This document shows, one piece after another, positions 59,861-64,000 of a stretch of DNA of 64,000 bases. This DNA is from Samistivirus egole (Duplodnaviria > Heunggongvirae > Uroviricota > Caudoviricetes): the IMG/VR virus record IMGVR_UViG_2974779775_000001, positions 60,108 to 124,107 of that record, one strand, 5' to 3'. Position 1 is the stretch's first letter. Every line of letters starts with the position of its first letter. Both the position numbers and the translations under genes were made by a program. Below the pieces are notes generated by a model that saw nothing but the letters and a program-made list of their open reading frames with translations, ran no database searches and was not told the origin of the DNA.

Positions 59861-60102
59861 TGGATGAAAGAGAATCATTTGTATTGACGACTGACTCTGC
59901 AATCATAGATTCTGTAGAGGAAGCAGTGAGGAATCTGAACATCTCAGTCTCACTCCTATCAGCGATTCTTCAAGAGGCTTTGGCTAAGGCAAAGGTTCCT
60001 ATTGATGATGACACGGTAGATGCTTTTGGAATCGTTGAACAGAGCACTGCGTCAATTAATATGTTCCTTGAAAGGCTGGGTCTGTGGAATTCAAAGGACT
60101 AG
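59860..60102 (+). CDS. hypothetical protein
   Basis: + strand ORF. Confidence 0.4.
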   Translation: MDERESFVLTTDSAIIDSVEEAVRNLNISVSLLSAILQEALAKAKVPIDDDTVDAFGIVEQSTASINMFLERLGLWNSKD

Positions 60103-60359
60103 CCAAAGAGTTCAAGGGAGTCTTTGATGAAAAAGGGTATCAATGGATGATTGGTGGCGTCTTGACAGTGCCATCAGAACGAGATATCCTTGATACGTTG
60201 GAGCAGGTGGTTGAGAGAATCGCCAAGGAGCCTAGCGGCACCTGGGTAGAGCTTGGCCGCCTTATCTTCATCAAGACTGGTAGTCTCATTGATGTGTACC
60301 TGCATCATGGGACAATAGAGAGGCAAGATGAACAACCCCCTACGGAGCCTGTACTTTAG
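60084..60359 (+). CDS. hypothetical protein
   Basis: + strand ORF. Confidence 0.4.
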   Translation: MEFKGLAKEFKGVFDEKGYQWMIGGVLTVPSERDILDTLEQVVERIAKEPSGTWVELGRLIFIKTGSLIDVYLHHGTIERQDEQPPTEPVL

Positions 60360-60386
60360 GCTCCGTAAAGCAATTTACAACTATCT

Positions 60387-60815
60387 GTGAGGAAAATCGT
60401 GGACTTCATTTACACCAATGCAATTGGCACCAACAGCAGCGCTCTCCAGGGTGTCTACTGGAACAAGAACTCAGAGGAACTGGTCGTTCAGTTCTGGGGT
60501 GGCAGTGTCATTAAGTACACTGGCTTCAACGAGGATGACTACCGTGCATTTGCCAGTGCTCTGAGCAAGGGTCGCTTCTACTCTCAGTACGTGAAGGGCA
60601 ACTTCCGTGGTGAGAAGATGGACAATGAGACCAACTTCGTTCACGAGCAGGACGTAGTTACTCCTTTCTCTGAGGTCAAGGAGCTTGAGGCTGAGGTCGG
60701 TCCTTCAATTCAGGTAACCGTCAACATCTACGTCAACGGAGACCCTGACTCAATTGCTAAGGCGGTTGAGCGTCTTGCCCCCAGCATTCGTGCAGTACAG
60801 AATTGGAGGGGATGA
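60387..60815 (+). CDS. hypothetical protein
   Basis: + strand ORF. Confidence 0.45.
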   Translation: MRKIVDFIYTNAIGTNSSALQGVYWNKNSEELVVQFWGGSVIKYTGFNEDDYRAFASALSKGRFYSQYVKGNFRGEKMDNETNFVHEQDVVTPFSEVKELEAEVGPSIQVTVNIYVNGDPDSIAKAVERLAPSIRAVQNWRG

Positions 60816-61120
60816 GAATCCTAGTAAAGGTAGATGACCTCAAGGATTTTGAGTCATACACCAGCCGCAAGGCAATCGTTGTTTTCTCTGCGCCTGATTG
60901 GTGCGTGCCTTGTCAGAGGCTACAGCCACACATCGAGAAGCTGGCTGAGAAACTAGACTATCCTGTCGTGTATGTAGACATCGACAAGGCAGAGGAAATC
61001 AAGAATACGCAGCAGGTCATGTCAGTGCCACAGGTTTACGAATTTGTGGAGGGCAAGCCTGGGCGTGCCCTTAAGGGACGTACTGTCCTTGCAATGGAAC
61101 GGGAACTAGCCGCTGAGTAA
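60803..61120 (+). CDS. thioredoxin
   Basis: Active site WCVPC in a protein of about 105 aa. Confidence 0.75.
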   Translation: MEGMRILVKVDDLKDFESYTSRKAIVVFSAPDWCVPCQRLQPHIEKLAEKLDYPVVYVDIDKAEEIKNTQQVMSVPQVYEFVEGKPGRALKGRTVLAMERELAAE

Positions 61121-61132
61121 TCAGCGGCTTTT
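61108..61132 (+). terminator. rho-independent terminator
   Basis: AGCCGCTGA-GTAA-TCAGCGGCT followed by TTT, overlapping the trx stop. Confidence 0.6.
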
Positions 61133-61450
61133 GCCGTATCACTTGACTTTGACAAGTGATGAGCGTAACATAGCTCTATGGAAACGGTGCTGATGTACGC
61201 TATAGGCTTGCTGCTAGGTCTAATAGGTATTGGACTGGCAGAGTTGTCTTATGTTTTCATCAAGCGCTACGACATTCCAGGCTTTTATTGGCCAGACGTG
61301 GAAGAAGATGAGGATAGTGTCGTGTGAACAATGTGGTTCCACGTGCGATGACAGCGTAAGCTTTGATACTCTGATGAGACGAGTATTCTTTTGCTGCCTA
61401 TCACACAGGGCAGCCTGGTTCTTTGGATGGCTGTGAAATGTTTTTTGTGA

Positions 61451-62005
61451 TTGGGGGACTCGTATGGGTCCTCCTCATTCTTTTTATTTGTCGATGGTTC
61501 TATGTCATCAGCGAAAGGCGAGAAGGTGACTCCAGTACAACCAATCGTGAAGTTTGATGGTCAGTATGATTGGCTATCTAACTTCTATGTCAGGCCAGTC
61601 AAAGTAGGTAATCTGACATTTAGCAACAACGAAGCGGCCTTCCAGGGAGCCAAGTACAAAGCGGCTCTCTGCGACCAGGCTGAGCAATACCGTTATCTTG
61701 AGAAGATGGTTCAGGCCGACCCACAAACTGCAAAGAACATGGGTAGGCGCATCCCTCTAGACCTTGACAAGTGGGAGTCCATCAAGGTAACGTGTATGAG
61801 AGAGGTAGTCAAGGCGAAGTTCGACCAGCATGCTGACCTACACACAAAGCTTATTGAAACTGGTGCTGCTCTGCTAGTAGAGGGCAATCATTGGGGAGAT
61901 AAGTTCTGGGGCCGGTGCGATGGTAAGGGCTTGAATGTCCTTGGCTCTATCTTGATGGAACTAAGAGGCTACTACTTCTGGAAGGAATACCAGAGTATAT
62001 GGTAA
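61451..62005 (+). CDS. NADAR-domain protein (YbiA/DUF1768-like)
   Basis: LSNFY, TFSNNEAAFQGAKY, LVEGNHWGDKFWG and LGSILMELR motifs. Confidence 0.65.
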   Translation: MGDSYGSSSFFLFVDGSMSSAKGEKVTPVQPIVKFDGQYDWLSNFYVRPVKVGNLTFSNNEAAFQGAKYKAALCDQAEQYRYLEKMVQADPQTAKNMGRRIPLDLDKWESIKVTCMREVVKAKFDQHADLHTKLIETGAALLVEGNHWGDKFWGRCDGKGLNVLGSILMELRGYYFWKEYQSIW

Positions 62006-62499
62006 ACGTACTCAATGACATCAGGAAAATGCGTGACCTACCTGATGCAGAGGTGTCATCCAAGTTCAAGGGACTTGTTGATGGCTATGTAAGAGACTTG
62101 ACCAAGAACAAGTCAAAGGGCAATCCAGGCTCAGGCTCTATCCCTTCTGTGCGCGTCGGTAGAATTCGCAGAAGGAAGGGGCAGCTCATCCCCTCAGAGA
62201 TTCTTTTCGCAATGCGTAAGAGCCTGTGGGAGATGGGTTGGACACAGGGCGTACTAAAGAACGCAGAAGGACACATGTGTCTGCGTGGTGCCATGGTGTA
62301 TATCAATCTTAAGGGTCATGCTCACAACGATGACTTGCAGATTGCGGCCCAATACCTGCATGATGAGGTGAGGCGAAAGAATGGCGATGCTCGCCAGTAC
62401 AATTTCATTTACTGGAATAACGATGAGCGTCGAACCCTTGCTGAAATCCTCAAGATTCTAGAGGATTGTGGTAATCGTGCCAGACTCGCAGGGGAATGA
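61999..62499 (+). CDS. hypothetical protein
   Basis: + strand ORF. Confidence 0.45.
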   Translation: MVNVLNDIRKMRDLPDAEVSSKFKGLVDGYVRDLTKNKSKGNPGSGSIPSVRVGRIRRRKGQLIPSEILFAMRKSLWEMGWTQGVLKNAEGHMCLRGAMVYINLKGHAHNDDLQIAAQYLHDEVRRKNGDARQYNFIYWNNDERRTLAEILKILEDCGNRARLAGE

Positions 62500-62944
62500 G
62501 TGGCAGCGTCTTGGATTCACTTCTGAGCCTGAGTTTATTAGGAGTAATGAGGAGTGGGACGAGATTGTTGAGCACTTTCAAAGGGCAGTGGATTCGTACA
62601 GACGAATCGGGCCGGTAGTCATTGAGGCGAGTGAATCTCTAAGTAGGTTCTCTCGCTACATTGAAGAGGCTGATGCTGCTCAAGAAGAAAGAATCAGGGA
62701 GACACAAGCAATGGCAGTAGACATCAGGCATGGTGAGTATCCAGGCCGAGACAGTTATGGGACGTATTGGTATGACCCTTCTGGATTTCATTCTGATGAC
62801 CCTCACGTATGCTTCATCTGTGGCAGACCAACTGGCCGCATCGATATCGATTTTCATGGAGCATTCTGCAATTCGGAAGAGTGCAACGAAGTGATTCGTA
62901 TCGACCTTGAACGTGCGAATGGTGGTCCAGAGAATGAAGTATAG
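62468..62944 (+). CDS. hypothetical protein with a C-terminal zinc finger
   Basis: CFICGRP...CNSEEC. Confidence 0.45.
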   Translation: MVIVPDSQGNEWQRLGFTSEPEFIRSNEEWDEIVEHFQRAVDSYRRIGPVVIEASESLSRFSRYIEEADAAQEERIRETQAMAVDIRHGEYPGRDSYGTYWYDPSGFHSDDPHVCFICGRPTGRIDIDFHGAFCNSEECNEVIRIDLERANGGPENEV

Positions 62945-63152
62945 GATTCATCTGGGTCTCATGTCAGGCAAGCTGGTCTATTCAGACCCTATGGATGTAG
63001 GCAAGATGGACCACGAAGAGGTCACAGACACTCTTGAGAAAATGTTGGAAATCGTAGGCGATGGTGGGCACATCAGTCTTTTGGTCAATGGCCAGAAGAA
63101 GACGTACCTTAATCACGCTATCGAATCAATCTGGTGGACTGACGGCAGTTGA
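62937..63152 (+). CDS. hypothetical protein
   Basis: + strand ORF. Confidence 0.35.
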   Translation, partial: KYRIHLGLMSGKLVYSDPMDVGKMDHEEVTDTLEKMLEIVGDGGHISLLVNGQKKTYLNHAIESIWWTDGS

Positions 63153-63187
63153 CAATCTCGTAACTCATGCTTTAGCATGAGAGCATT

Positions 63188-63424
63188 ATGAGATATACAA
63201 TTGTGAAAGAGCCTCTTAAACGAGGCCGGACTGTGGAGGGCTACAACTGGGCAATTACTGATACCAAAGTAGACAAGGTTGTAGTCCGCTATGGAAATGA
63301 ATTCAAGGCTGAGTTCGTCAAGGACTCCTTCAATGAAGCAAACGTAAGCAGCAGATTCGAGTTTGAAATCCCTGGCGACGAGACCATTGAAGACCTCGAT
63401 GAGTCAGCATTCAAAGGGGAATGA
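63188..63424 (+). CDS. hypothetical protein
   Basis: + strand ORF. Confidence 0.45.
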   Translation: MRYTIVKEPLKRGRTVEGYNWAITDTKVDKVVVRYGNEFKAEFVKDSFNEANVSSRFEFEIPGDETIEDLDESAFKGE

Positions 63425-63703
63425 GTGCTAGAGAAATGGGCATGGTGGTATTTGGGCCGGTGCATGGAGAAGCATCGTAAGGCTAATAGACACCACTGTG
63501 CAGACCACATACGAGCAGCGCTAGCCACAAGACCACAGAAACAATGTACCTTGTGCTGCATACTTGAGAACACAGATTGGCTAGCATGGGCAACGAGGTT
63601 TGACCCAACGTCCGACATGGACAAGGACAGTGAGCTATATGCAAGTATTGTTGAAGATGAATCCCGGTTTGGAGATGTGGTTCGGAGAACAGGTCTGGAT
63701 TGA
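63425..63703 (+). CDS. Cys/His-rich hypothetical protein
   Basis: ATGAGTG-coupled GTG start. Confidence 0.4.
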   Translation: MLEKWAWWYLGRCMEKHRKANRHHCADHIRAALATRPQKQCTLCCILENTDWLAWATRFDPTSDMDKDSELYASIVEDESRFGDVVRRTGLD

Positions 63704-63789
63704 CGAAGACTGGGAAGATTGGGACGACGACGAGGACTGGCCAGATGATGGCTGGTCCTTTTCGTTTTTATAGGGGTGGCATCGGAGGT

Positions 63790-63900
63790 CGGATTTCTTA
63801 GTCGCAATTCGAATCCATGATTTTTTAGTCATGGATTTTTAGTCGCGTAGCGACTGCGCCTGCGGCTCAAAGAAGGCCCGGTAGTGAAGGGCCTCAGTAC
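63790..63900. repeat. cluster of direct and inverted repeats (TTTTTAGTC units, AGTCGC/GCGACT, CCATGA/TCATGG) ending in an AGGCCC...GGGCCT hairpin
   Basis: Seen directly in the sequence. Non-coding. Confidence 0.4.
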
Positions 63901-64000
63901 CCCTATATACATTACTCCTTATCTCCTATAAGAGAACACCCAACCACTATATATCCAAAGACGTATGAGGCATACAGAGCATGTCGATGAGCATGCAGTG

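Noticed and set aside
61230-61436. 68-aa + ORF, or an overlapping 45-aa membrane peptide at 61193-61330.
   Set aside because: Two mutually exclusive frames, neither with a convincing RBS or motif. Left unannotated.
1-64000. Search for CRISPR arrays, an integrase with attP, and structural (capsid, portal, tail) genes.
   Set aside because: No regularly spaced direct repeats, no tyrosine or serine recombinase motifs and no recognisable virion-structure genes were seen. The window appears to cover the replication, nucleotide-metabolism and tRNA accessory arm of the genome.

Overview
This window looks like part of a large lytic actinobacteriophage genome. Almost all genes sit on the + strand and are packed tightly, often with overlapping stop and start codons. 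One minus-strand HNH homing endonuclease is the only clear exception. No integrase and no CRISPR array are present. Host-type promoters of the form TTGACA-N17-TAGRGT recur at least 15 times, and a WhiB-like regulator is encoded, which points to an actinobacterial host even though GC is only about 50%.

Recognisable protein genes include DnaE, MazG, a RecA-like recombinase, a Cas4-like PD-(D/E)xK nuclease, a RuvC-like resolvase, small and large terminase subunits, HNH and Endo VII endonucleases, three vWA proteins, an FtsK/SpoIIIE-like ATPase and a PhoD-like metallophosphatase. Also recognisable are a Ro60/TROVE ortholog, an SPFH protein, a DEDDh exonuclease, a secreted NlpC/P60 peptidase and a GNAT acetyltransferase. 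The remainder comprises a dCMP deaminase, a GHKL/Hsp90-like ATPase, a metallophosphoesterase, thioredoxin and a NADAR protein. The window also carries about 40 tRNA genes in several islands, many degenerate tRNA-like fragments, and a phage tmRNA whose tag peptide reads ANSKFAFALAA.

The most unusual content is RNA-centred. There is a Ro60 ortholog with no annotated Y RNA. Four 86-129 nt RNAs have perfect tRNA acceptor stems and T-arms but interiors that do not fold as tRNA. Three short-variable-arm tRNAs carry leucine anticodons. An RNA ligase plus polynucleotide kinase-phosphatase cassette forms a candidate tRNA-repair module. A NADAR protein is a candidate anti-DarT counter-defence factor, and an Hsp90-like GHKL ATPase sits next to an uncharacterised partner gene. 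All RNA calls were made by eye and need confirmation with tRNAscan-SE, ARAGORN or Infernal.
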